Assembly: GCA_031431215.1 (NCBI GenBank)
Contig: JANPCZ010000102.1
Location: 23,619 to 87,618 of the forward strand
Direction of reading: 5' to 3'
Source of the DNA: Myxococcales bacterium
Lineage (GTDB): Bacteria > Myxococcota_A > Polyangia > Fen-1088
Length of the DNA: 64,000 nucleotides
Part shown: one piece after another, positions 27,681 to 36,546 of the stretch
Layout of the letters: each line of letters begins with the position of its first letter
How positions within the stretch are numbered: the first letter of the stretch is position 1
Notes under the pieces: model-generated
What the model saw: only the letters and a program-made list of their open reading frames with translations
Told to the model about the DNA's origin: nothing
Database searches by the model: none
Translations under genes and position numbers: made by a program

Positions 27681-29183
27681 ATGTCGATGGAAATCAGGCA
27701 ACAACTGAGGCTCTCGCAGCAGCTGGTGATGACACCCCAGCTGCAGCAGGCCATCAAGCTGTTGCAGCTCTCGCGGATGGAGCTGGTCGATATGATCCGC
27801 GACGAGATGCTGGAGAACCCGGTTCTCGAGGACTCGGTCGAGTCGTCGGCCGAGCAGCAGAATGACCCCAACGACTTGCCAGCCGAGGCGGCCGCGGACG
27901 CCCAGGTGGAACGCATCGGTGAGACCGAGACCCCGGTGATCCAGCCGGCCGAGCAGAAGCTGGAAAGCACCGCCGAGGTGACGACGGACACGCGGGCGGA
28001 CGAGGCGGTCAAGGAATTCGACTGGGAGGGCTACCTGGAGAATCAGGCCAGCTCGCCGCCGATGCCTTCGACGCGGCCGTCGGGCGACGAGTTGCCGTCG
28101 CTTGAGTCGACGCTGACCCGGGGCACGTCGCTGTTCAAGCACCTGGAGTTCCAGCTCAACATGAGCCACCGATCTCCCGAAGAGGAGGCGGTGGCGTTGC
28201 TCATCATCGGCAACCTGACGACCGACGGCTATCTCGACCAGCCGCTGGAGGAGATAGCGGAGGAGGCCGGCGTCGCTGTCGATTTCGTGGAAGCGGTGCT
28301 CAAGAAGGTGCAGGCCTTCGATCCGCCGGGTGTGGCTGCGCGCAATTTGCAAGAGTGCTTGCTGCTGCAAGCGGCGTTCGTTGGCGCCGACGACGACGTG
28401 CTGGTCGGCATGGTCACCAAGCATCTATCCAATTTAGAGAAGAAGAACTACGCCGCCATCGCCAAAGATCTGAACCAGCCGGTCGACGAGATCTACGAGG
28501 CGGCCAAGGTCATCTCGGGCTTTGATCCGAAGCCGGGGCGGCAATACACCGACGAGGAACCAGCTTACATCTCGCCCGACGTGTTCATCCACAAGGTGGG
28601 CGACACGTATTTCGTTGTTGCCAACGATGACGGCCTGCCCAAGCTGAAGATCTCGGGGTTCTACCGGGCGGCTCTGCAAGGTGGCAGCAAGGCACGCGAG
28701 TACATCCAGGAGCGTCTGCGCAGCGCCCAGTGGTTGATCCGGTCCATCCAGCAACGGCAGCGCACCATCGTGCGAGTCACCGAATCGATCCTGCGCTTTC
28801 AGCGCGAGTTCTTCGACAAGGGACCGGCGTATCTGAAGCCGCTCATCCTGCGCGACGTGGCCGAGGACATCGGCATGCACGAATCGACCGTGTCGCGCGT
28901 GACCACCAACAAGTACGTGCACACCCCGCAGGGCATTCTCGAGCTGAAGTACTTCTTCAACTCGGGCATCACGCGTACCGATGGCGACGATCTGGCGTCA
29001 GAGGCCGTGAAGCTCAAGATCAGGCAGATCATCGGCGCCGAGGACGGCAAGCATCCGCACTCGGACCAGAAGATCGTCGAGCTTCTGGCCGAACAAAGAA
29101 TCGCGATCGCGCGCCGGACGGTTGCGAAGTACCGCGAGCAACTTAGAATTCTTCCTAGCAGCAGGCGCCGCGTGGCCTTTTGA
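27681..29183 (+). CDS. rpoN: RNA polymerase sigma-54 factor
   Basis: N-terminal 'LSQQLVMTPQLQQAIKLLQLSRMEL' (region I). C-terminal RpoN box 'ARRTVAKYREQLRI' and the HTH 'HESTVSRVTTNKYV'. Confidence 0.9.
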   Translation: MSMEIRQQLRLSQQLVMTPQLQQAIKLLQLSRMELVDMIRDEMLENPVLEDSVESSAEQQNDPNDLPAEAAADAQVERIGETETPVIQPAEQKLESTAEVTTDTRADEAVKEFDWEGYLENQASSPPMPSTRPSGDELPSLESTLTRGTSLFKHLEFQLNMSHRSPEEEAVALLIIGNLTTDGYLDQPLEEIAEEAGVAVDFVEAVLKKVQAFDPPGVAARNLQECLLLQAAFVGADDDVLVGMVTKHLSNLEKKNYAAIAKDLNQPVDEIYEAAKVISGFDPKPGRQYTDEEPAYISPDVFIHKVGDTYFVVANDDGLPKLKISGFYRAALQGGSKAREYIQERLRSAQWLIRSIQQRQRTIVRVTESILRFQREFFDKGPAYLKPLILRDVAEDIGMHESTVSRVTTNKYVHTPQGILELKYFFNSGITRTDGDDLASEAVKLKIRQIIGAEDGKHPHSDQKIVELLAEQRIAIARRTVAKYREQLRILPSSRRRVAF

Positions 29184-29244
29184 GGTCTTCCTGAACTTGG
29201 CCGCGCTGGCTGCCTGTCGACCCTGAGCCAAAGGAGATCACCGG

Positions 29245-29976
29245 ATGCAGCTGTCGACCACGTTCCGTCACATGGACGCCTCTAAGGCGGTCCGTGAACA
29301 CGCCGAGCAGCGTCTGGAGCGAGTTCGCAAGTACTTTCAGCGAGACCCGATCGCCGCGCACGCCGTGTTCACCGTGGAACGCGGCCACAACCACACCGCT
29401 GAGTTCAACCTGACCTTGCCCAACGGGCTGGTGATCCAGGCCCGTGAGACGACCGAGGACATGTACTCGTCGATCGATCTGGCGGGCGCTCGCATCGAGC
29501 GACAGGTGCGCAAGTGGAAGGAGAAGATCCAGGACCACAAGCCCCACGACGGCTCGGGGATCGCCGCACGCACGCGCGTGCTATCGGCCGAGGACATGGA
29601 GCCGCAGCGCGGACAGGGGCACCTTGATGGGTTCGAGGATGGCGCGCCGGCCCGCGGGATGCCTTCGGGCGGTACCCGCGATCGCAAGGCCGTCACAGAC
29701 GCCCAGGACGGCATGGACCGCCATGGCGGAAAGGCCGTGCGACCGGACGGGGCTTCACCCACACCGCCGCCGGCGCCAGCCATCTCGGTGATCAAGGAAC
29801 AAACCTTCACCGTGCGGACGATGCGCGTCGAAGATGCGGTCATGCAGATGAACCTGCTGGAAAACGACTTCTATCTGTTCACCGACGTAGACAGCCGAGC
29901 CGTTTCGGTCGTATACCGCCGCAAAGATGGCAACTACGGTCTTATCGAAACGGGCGGGCGGCTTCCCAGTTCGTGA
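29245..29976 (+). CDS. hpf: Ribosome hibernation-promoting factor, long form (RaiA/HPF family)
   Basis: The N-terminal domain fits the sigma-54-modulation/HPF fold (βαβββα pattern, 'TVERGHNHTAEFNL'). A C-terminal dimerisation domain is present. Classic position downstream of rpoN. SD 'aaaggag'. Confidence 0.85.
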   Translation: MQLSTTFRHMDASKAVREHAEQRLERVRKYFQRDPIAAHAVFTVERGHNHTAEFNLTLPNGLVIQARETTEDMYSSIDLAGARIERQVRKWKEKIQDHKPHDGSGIAARTRVLSAEDMEPQRGQGHLDGFEDGAPARGMPSGGTRDRKAVTDAQDGMDRHGGKAVRPDGASPTPPPAPAISVIKEQTFTVRTMRVEDAVMQMNLLENDFYLFTDVDSRAVSVVYRRKDGNYGLIETGGRLPSS

Positions 29977-29988
29977 GACGATCGCTGT

Positions 29989-30468
29989 TTGGTTCCATCA
30001 CAGATCATGAAGGTCATCGACTTCCTGCGCCCCGATCTGATCGTTTCTCAGCTGTCGGCGACCGCGAAGAACGACGTGCTGGCTGAGATGGCCAGCCACC
30101 TGGCGAAGCACCAGCCGGGAGTCGACCCGGCGGCGCTGAGGAAGGTGCTGGAGGAGCGCGAACTCCTGGCGTCGACCGCCATCGGCGACGGCATCGCCAT
30201 CCCGCACGGCAAGCTGGACGCCATCGGGCAACTGGTGGGCGCGCTCGGGCGGTCGCAGGCGGGACTGGAATTCGATTCCATCGACGGCAAGCCCACCCAC
30301 TTGGTGTTCATGCTGGTGGCACCGTCGGCGTCGACCGGGATTCACCTGAAGGCACTGGCGCGCTTGTCGCGCCTGTTTCGCGATGCCCAGTTTCGGCAGC
30401 GCCTCATCGATGCGCCCGATGCGGGTGCGATGTTCCAAGTGATAAGCGACGAAGACGGCAAGTACTGA
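29989..30468 (+). CDS. ptsN: PTS EIIA-Ntr nitrogen regulatory protein
   Basis: PTS EIIA type-2 fold with the phospho-His block 'GDGIAIPHGK' (fructose/mannitol/Ntr type). Position downstream of rpoN–hpf. Start could be ATG 30007. Confidence 0.8.
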   Translation: MVPSQIMKVIDFLRPDLIVSQLSATAKNDVLAEMASHLAKHQPGVDPAALRKVLEERELLASTAIGDGIAIPHGKLDAIGQLVGALGRSQAGLEFDSIDGKPTHLVFMLVAPSASTGIHLKALARLSRLFRDAQFRQRLIDAPDAGAMFQVISDEDGKY

Positions 30469-30512
30469 GCACCGGCGGACGCGACCCGCCGGACGGGGGA
30501 GGCCTTGACAGC

Positions 30513-31496
30513 ATGAGCAGCACGACGCCGGGTCGGGTCGCGACGTTGACGGTGCGCTCGCTTCTGGGCGAAGGCGCGGAACTGCGCCTGGTGCTGCTGG
30601 CCGGTGATGACGGACTTGGTCGGTTGATAACCCGGCCCCGGGTGCAGAAACCCGGTCTGGCCCTGGCCGGTTTCGTGGGCCAGGTGCACCCGGAGCGGGT
30701 GCAGGTGCTGGGCGCCACCGAGATCTCGTACTTGGCCAGTCTCTCGGCAGCCCAGGTCCATCAGGGCGTCGAGATCTTCATGGCCACCGGTCCCGCGTGC
30801 GTCGTGGTGACCAAGGGGCTCGATGTGCCGCAGGATCTTATCGACGCAGCCAACCGCCTGGGGGTGCCGCTCTTGCGCACGCCGCTGTCGTCGTCGGCGG
30901 CCATCGATGCCATCCAGAAGTTCATCGAGTTGCAGCTGGCTCCGATGGTCAGCATCCACGGCGTGCTGGTCGACGTCCTGGGTATCGGGGTCCTGATCCT
31001 GGGCAAGAGCGGCATCGGTAAGTCCGAGACGGCCCTGGAACTCATTATGCGCGGGCACCGCCTGGTGGCCGACGATCTGGTCGAGGTGCGGCGCTTTTCC
31101 GGTGACGTGCTGGTCGGCTGGGCGTCCGAACTCATCAAGCACCACATGGAGGTGCGCGGCCTTGGCATCATCAACATCAACGACATGTTCGGCGTCGCGG
31201 CCGTTCGCGATGACAAGAAGATCCAGCTCGTGCTCGAGCTCGTGCGCTGGGACGAGAGCGAGACCCCCGAGCGCCTGGGCCTCGACGAGATGACCTACCC
31301 GATCCTCGATGTGCAGGTGCCGATGCTGCGACTGCCGGTCAGCCCAGGCCGCAACGTCAGCTCGCTGGTTGAGGTGGCGGCGCGCAACCGGCTCTTGCAG
31401 GTGCGTGGGCACCATTCGGCGCGCGAGTTCCAGGAGCGGCTCGACCGGGCGCTTGAGGATGCGCGGCGGCGGCGCTTCGACGGGGACGTCGAATGA
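30513..31496 (+). CDS. hprK: HPr kinase/phosphorylase
   Basis: Walker A 'GKSGIGKSETALEL' and 'EVRGLGII' are HprK C-terminal domain signatures. SD 'gggggagg' upstream. Confidence 0.85.
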   Translation: MSSTTPGRVATLTVRSLLGEGAELRLVLLAGDDGLGRLITRPRVQKPGLALAGFVGQVHPERVQVLGATEISYLASLSAAQVHQGVEIFMATGPACVVVTKGLDVPQDLIDAANRLGVPLLRTPLSSSAAIDAIQKFIELQLAPMVSIHGVLVDVLGIGVLILGKSGIGKSETALELIMRGHRLVADDLVEVRRFSGDVLVGWASELIKHHMEVRGLGIININDMFGVAAVRDDKKIQLVLELVRWDESETPERLGLDEMTYPILDVQVPMLRLPVSPGRNVSSLVEVAARNRLLQVRGHHSAREFQERLDRALEDARRRRFDGDVE

Positions 31497-32344
31497 ATCT
31501 GGTTGTGGTCACCGGCGTGTCGGGGGCGGGCAAGTCCACGGCGCTGCGGGCGCTGGAGGATCTGGGCTACTACTGCGCCGACAACCTGCCGATGCCGCTC
31601 TTGCCGCAGTTCGTGGAACTCCTGGCCCGGCGCGACGACATCACGCGCGCGGCCCTGGGCGTGGACGCGCGCAGCGGTCACTTTCTCGAGGATGCCGGGC
31701 CGGTGCTGGCGGGCGTGCGCGGCGCCGGCCACGGGGTCGAGGTGATGTTTCTCGATGCGCCCGACGACGTGCTCATCCGGCGCTTCTCCGAGACCAGACG
31801 CAAGCACCCGCTGTCGGGAACCAACATCCTCGACGGGGTCCTGACCGAACGTAAGTGCCTGGTGCCGCTGCGGCAGCAAGCCACGGTGGTGCTAGACACG
31901 GCCGACCTGACCGTGCACGGGTTGCGCTCGCTGGTACTGGAACGCTATGGCAGCAGCAATGGCACCCTGGCGGTGACGGTGATGTCGTTCGGCTTCAAGC
32001 ACGGCCTGCCGCTCGAGGCCGATGTGGTGCTGGACGTGCGCTTCCTGCAGAACCCGTTCTTCATCGAGGCGCTGTCGCCGTTGTCAGGGCAGGACGAGGC
32101 GGTGCGCGATTTCGTGCTCGCCAGCCCCTATGCGCAGGAGTTCCTGGAAAAGGCCGAGGGGTTGCTGCAGCTGTCGCTCGCGGCGTTCGAGCGCGAACGC
32201 AAGTCATACGCGACGGTGGCCATTGGTTGCACCGGCGGGCGTCATCGATCGGTGGCCATAGCGGACGAGCTTGGCCGGCGGCTGGGTGGCCCGTCCAAGG
32301 TGACGGTCCGGCATCGGGATGTCGGTCGCGTCGAGACCGCCTGA
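31493..32344 (+). CDS. rapZ: RNase adapter protein RapZ (YhbJ family, P-loop NTPase)
   Basis: 'MNLVVVTGVSGAGKSTALRALEDLGYYCADNLP' is the canonical RapZ N-terminus, and 'HRSVAIADEL' is the C-terminal motif. ATGA coupling to hprK. Confidence 0.85.
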   Translation: MNLVVVTGVSGAGKSTALRALEDLGYYCADNLPMPLLPQFVELLARRDDITRAALGVDARSGHFLEDAGPVLAGVRGAGHGVEVMFLDAPDDVLIRRFSETRRKHPLSGTNILDGVLTERKCLVPLRQQATVVLDTADLTVHGLRSLVLERYGSSNGTLAVTVMSFGFKHGLPLEADVVLDVRFLQNPFFIEALSPLSGQDEAVRDFVLASPYAQEFLEKAEGLLQLSLAAFERERKSYATVAIGCTGGRHRSVAIADELGRRLGGPSKVTVRHRDVGRVETA

Positions 32345-32367
32345 TCCGGGTGTATCCTCCTGCGCCC

Positions 32368-32820
32368 ATGCCCTCGACGAAAGAAAAAGATGCCCCGGTC
32401 GGCGTGGTGGTGGTGACCCACGGTGGCGCTGCCGACGCCCTGGTGGCAGCGGCGTTCGACATCGCCGGTAAGATCCCGCTGCTGGCGGCAGTCTCGGTCA
32501 AGATGGCCGAGGAGTTTCCCGCCATCGTCGAGCAGATCTCGCGGGCGTGTGACGATGTCGATCGCGGAGCGGGGGTGTTGATCCTGGTGGATCTGCACGG
32601 ATCGAGCCCGTTTCACGCCGCCATGGCCATGCTGGACGGCACACGGGCCGCCGAGGTGCTGTGCGGTGTGAACCTGCCCATGCTGATCAAGCTGACCACC
32701 ATCGACCGCCGCCTGACTCCGCCGGTGGCGCTGGCCGAGGAGCTGCGCGACAGTGGTCGTCGATCGATACGGCTGGGGTCTGAACTGACGGGTAGGGTCG
32801 CGGTCGGGGAGTCGAGGTAG
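32368..32820 (+). CDS. PTS EIIA component, mannose/fructose/sorbose (Man) family
   Basis: 'VGVVVVTHGGAADALVAAA' is the EIIA-Man fold with the phospho-His in 'THG'. 150 aa. No EIIB/C/D genes are nearby. Confidence 0.7.
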   Translation: MPSTKEKDAPVGVVVVTHGGAADALVAAAFDIAGKIPLLAAVSVKMAEEFPAIVEQISRACDDVDRGAGVLILVDLHGSSPFHAAMAMLDGTRAAEVLCGVNLPMLIKLTTIDRRLTPPVALAEELRDSGRRSIRLGSELTGRVAVGESR

Positions 32821-33140
32821 TGGTGGAGGGCGCGGGCGATGAGGTACGGCAAACATTGCGGATCCGGAACCGACTGGGACTGCACGCGCGCGCGGCGGTC
32901 AAGTTTGTGCAGCTCGCAAGCAAGTTCCGCTGCGAGATCAAGGTCAGCAAGGACGGCAACGAGACCAACGGAAAGAGCATCATGGGCCTTTTGACCCTGG
33001 TGGCGGCGTGCGGCATGACCATCGAGGTTGCGGCGGCGGGGGTTGATGCGAGATCGGCTGTCGCCGCACTGGCCGAGCTGGTGGCACGAGGCTTCGACGA
33101 GGGCGTCGATGAAGGAGGTTCTGCAGATGGGCATGGTTAG
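32820..33140 (+). CDS. ptsH: Phosphocarrier protein HPr
   Basis: 'IRNRLGLHARAAVKFV' is the HPr His-15 region (GLHARPA), and 'IEVAAAGVDARSAVAAL' follows. GTG start overlaps the EIIA stop by 1 nt. Confidence 0.75.
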   Translation: MVEGAGDEVRQTLRIRNRLGLHARAAVKFVQLASKFRCEIKVSKDGNETNGKSIMGLLTLVAACGMTIEVAAAGVDARSAVAALAELVARGFDEGVDEGGSADGHG

Positions 33141-34896
33141 GCTGACAGGGGTGGGAGCTTCGGGCGGTGTGGCGCTGGGCCCGGCGCATTTCCTCGGTGG
33201 CCGCGTCGAGGTGCACGAGCGGCGCATCGCCGCTCACGAAGTTGATGGCGAGATCGCTCGGTTTGCCGAGGCACTGACCCGCAGCGACGCGCAGCTGGCC
33301 CGCGTGCAGCAGCAGCTTACGGCGCAAGCCGGCGACGATCACCAGGTCCGCATTCTGGAAGCCCACCGCATGATGCTGACCGACGTCCACCTGGTCGATG
33401 AGACCCGGCGGATCATCCGCGAGCAGAGCGTGTCGGCGGAGGGCGCGCTGAAGCAGGCCCTGGAAAAAATTCAGGCGGTGTTCGCGCGCATCGAAGATCC
33501 CTATTTTCGCGAACGGCGCAGTGACATCGATCTGGTGGGCGAGCACATCCTGCGCAACCTGGTCGGCATGGAGGCCTCGGCCCACGAAAAGGTGCCGAGC
33601 GGCGCGGTCGTGTTCGCGCATGACCTGTCACCGGCCGACGTGATTCAGCTGGGTCGAGCCGGCGTCACGGGCTTCTTCACCGAGGGCGGCGGCAAGACCT
33701 CGCACACCGGAGTCGTGGCGCGCGCACTGGGTCTGCCGGTGGTGGTTGGCGTGTCCGACTTCGCTCACCACGTTCACCCCGGCATGACCGTCATCGTCGA
33801 CGGCACCCGCGGCGAGGTCATCCTCGATCCCGACGGGCCCGCTTGCGAGCGTTACGCCGCCCGGGTCGCACGCGAGCGCGCCCGCGATGTGCATCTGGCG
33901 GCCGAGCGCGCGGCGCCGGCCGAGACCATCGATGTGCGTCGCATCCACCTTGCCGCCAACCTTGAGCTGCTGGAGGAAGTCCCGGCTGCGGTGGAACTGG
34001 GCGCCGAGTCCATCGGCCTGTTTCGCACCGAGTTCCTGTACCTGGAACGCCCGGACCTGCCGACCGAGCACGAGCAGTACACCCACGCGGTCGCGGCCCT
34101 CAAGATCATGGGCGGGCGCGTGGCCACGTTCCGTACGCTGGACCTCGGCGGCGACAAATTGCCGGCATCGGTGCGCATGCCACCAGGAGACAACCCGGCT
34201 ATGGGGCTGCGGTCGATCCGGTACTCGTTGCAGCGCAAGGACATCTTCAAGGACCAGCTGCGGGCGCTTTATCGGGCGGCCAAGGTGTCGCCGTTGCGTA
34301 TTCTGTTTCCGATGATCTCGGGCATAGCCGAATTGCGCGAGGCCAAGACCGTCTGCGCGGATGTGTGCCAGGATCTCGCGCGCCGGGGTATCGATCACGA
34401 TCCGAACGTGCCTCTGGGCGTGATGATCGAGACACCGAGCGCCGCGTTCATCACCGATCTGCTGGCCGACGAATGTGACTTTCTCACCATCGGCACCAAC
34501 GATCTCATCCAGTACCTGCTGGCCGCCGACCGACAAGACGAGCACGTGGGGTACCTGTACCACCCGCTTCATCCCGCGATCCTGCGGGTGCTCAAGCACG
34601 TGGTTGGGGCGGCGGGACGGGCAGGTAAACCGCTGGCCATGTGCGGAGACATGGCGGGCGATCCGTGGCTGACCTGGGTGTTGCTGGGCCTGGGCCTGCG
34701 CGACCTGTCGATGGCGCCGCGCCAGTTGCCAGTGGTCAAGTCGATCATTCGCGCCACGCGCATGGCCGACGCGGATGTCCTGGTCGACCAGATCTTGCAG
34801 CTGCGCACCGAGACCGAGGTCGAAGAGCTGGTCTACGCCGCCATGAAGCAGCACTTCCCGCGCGAGCTGGCCGACAGCGACGACGATCGCGCCTGA
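33127..34896 (+). CDS. ptsI: Phosphoenolpyruvate-protein phosphotransferase (PTS enzyme I)
   Basis: 'GGGKTSHTGVVARALGLPVVVG' is the phospho-His domain. The C-terminal PEP-utilising 'FLTIGTNDLIQY' and 'MCGDMAGDP' blocks are present. SD 'gaaggagg' 8 nt upstream of ATG 33127. Confidence 0.85.
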   Translation: MGMVRLTGVGASGGVALGPAHFLGGRVEVHERRIAAHEVDGEIARFAEALTRSDAQLARVQQQLTAQAGDDHQVRILEAHRMMLTDVHLVDETRRIIREQSVSAEGALKQALEKIQAVFARIEDPYFRERRSDIDLVGEHILRNLVGMEASAHEKVPSGAVVFAHDLSPADVIQLGRAGVTGFFTEGGGKTSHTGVVARALGLPVVVGVSDFAHHVHPGMTVIVDGTRGEVILDPDGPACERYAARVARERARDVHLAAERAAPAETIDVRRIHLAANLELLEEVPAAVELGAESIGLFRTEFLYLERPDLPTEHEQYTHAVAALKIMGGRVATFRTLDLGGDKLPASVRMPPGDNPAMGLRSIRYSLQRKDIFKDQLRALYRAAKVSPLRILFPMISGIAELREAKTVCADVCQDLARRGIDHDPNVPLGVMIETPSAAFITDLLADECDFLTIGTNDLIQYLLAADRQDEHVGYLYHPLHPAILRVLKHVVGAAGRAGKPLAMCGDMAGDPWLTWVLLGLGLRDLSMAPRQLPVVKSIIRATRMADADVLVDQILQLRTETEVEELVYAAMKQHFPRELADSDDDRA

Positions 34897-34946
34897 CCGT
34901 TGTAGAGTAGGGTGCTTGCCGGTCGCGACGCGCGCCGGGAGACTCG

Positions 34947-36545
34947 ATGAAGCTTGCACCTCTGGCGCTCCTGCTTGTCACCGCCGCCGCTGTCGCCGGC
35001 TGCTTGCAGAGCGATGCCGCCATCGATGGCCGCCTGTTGTTTTCCGGCCGTCAGATCGAAAAAGCTGGCTTCGTGATCATCGACGGGCGCTCCCACGTCA
35101 CGTTCGAGGACCGCATCGCTCACGCGAGCCCCGGAAAATCAGGCGCCGCAAATCTCTGGATCACCGATTGGGAGACCGGCGAAAAATGCCGGCTGGTGGC
35201 CAACAAGTCGGATCGCTGGCACCTCGACAGCGGCAAAGACGGGCTGCGCTTCGCGATCAAGAACGAGCGCACCACGGCGACCGGAGCGGTCGGCACATTG
35301 GTGCGTTTCACCATGGGTTGCGAGGATTTCGAGGCCATCGAGGACGTGTCGGGTTACGGGGTGAGCAACCTGTTCGACGACAAGACCCGCGCCATCGTCT
35401 CGACGCGGTTCTATTACAAGACCGAGCTGCCGGGCTCGCGCCTCACCAATCTGCACCTGCGCAACGATGCCGGCGACGAGCGCGTCATCGAAAAGCTTTC
35501 GGGTCTGGTGCAGTTCACCGAGCCCGATGGGCTCTACATGATTCTGGGTGAGGATCGGACGCTGGTTCGCCTGGCCGCGCACGACGCGCCCATCGAGACC
35601 CTGCGCACCCACGTGACCCGTATGCAGCTTCGCGGCGACGAAAAGTACGCGATTCTCGGGGTTGCGGATCCGGGTGCCATGGGTGGGCCGGTGGTGCCGA
35701 AGGCAATCGTGCTCAAGCTCGATGACAAGAGCGAACGGCCGCTGCCGGGCAAGAACCCGAGTTACTGGCTGGGTTTCTGGGGCGCCGAATTTGCCTACTC
35801 GGAGGCGGCTACCGGGGGAACCGGTGCTCGGTTGCATTTCTTCAACGTCGATACCGCCGCCGACCGCGTGTACGTCATTCCCGCCGGTCTGGCGGACGTC
35901 ACGGCCGCAGTGCCACGGTCATCGAAGCATGCTGAGTCGCTGCTGATCGACAGTCAGGGGCGGCTGGCGCTGTTCGACGCTGCCGCCGAGCCGGCGGTGA
36001 GGATTCTCAATCTGCGCGCCTACTCACCCAGCTACACCCCCGATGGCAAGTTCCTGCTGTACGTGAAGCCCGATACCTCGGCGACCGAGCTCGAGGGCGA
36101 GCTGGTGGTCCAGGATGCGGATTTCAAGCAGCCGCCGCGCGTGATCTCGCCCGTGGGCGCATCGGTGCAAAACGGCGGTTTCTTCTTCATCCTCGGCGCC
36201 GAGCCACTGGTGTTCTGGGCACACTTTGGCCGCGACGCCGCCAATCTGTACTACTCCAATCACGAGACCGGCGCCGTCCGCAGGGTGGCGCGCGGCATTC
36301 GCGAGGTCACCGTGACACCGCGGCGGATCATCGGCGTCGTGCGCGTCTCCGAACAGGATCTGGTGGGCGATCTGGTCCAGATCGACGCCCAGACCCTCGA
36401 CAGCACCCGGCTCGCCCGCAGCGTCTCGGATGTCAGCATCTACGGTAGCCAGATCGCCTTCATTGTGCGCGGGCGTCTGAGCTCCGAGCGCGACGGCCTG
36501 TGGGCCACGACGTTGAAAGAAATCAAGACCGACGCCGGGAACTAG
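34947..36545 (+). CDS. Hypothetical lipoprotein (β-rich, possibly propeller-like)
   Basis: Lipobox 'AAVAGCLQS'. No domain recognised. 1-nt gap to the downstream TonB-dependent receptor gene. Confidence 0.5.
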   Translation: MKLAPLALLLVTAAAVAGCLQSDAAIDGRLLFSGRQIEKAGFVIIDGRSHVTFEDRIAHASPGKSGAANLWITDWETGEKCRLVANKSDRWHLDSGKDGLRFAIKNERTTATGAVGTLVRFTMGCEDFEAIEDVSGYGVSNLFDDKTRAIVSTRFYYKTELPGSRLTNLHLRNDAGDERVIEKLSGLVQFTEPDGLYMILGEDRTLVRLAAHDAPIETLRTHVTRMQLRGDEKYAILGVADPGAMGGPVVPKAIVLKLDDKSERPLPGKNPSYWLGFWGAEFAYSEAATGGTGARLHFFNVDTAADRVYVIPAGLADVTAAVPRSSKHAESLLIDSQGRLALFDAAAEPAVRILNLRAYSPSYTPDGKFLLYVKPDTSATELEGELVVQDADFKQPPRVISPVGASVQNGGFFFILGAEPLVFWAHFGRDAANLYYSNHETGAVRRVARGIREVTVTPRRIIGVVRVSEQDLVGDLVQIDAQTLDSTRLARSVSDVSIYGSQIAFIVRGRLSSERDGLWATTLKEIKTDAGN

Positions 36546-36546
36546 C

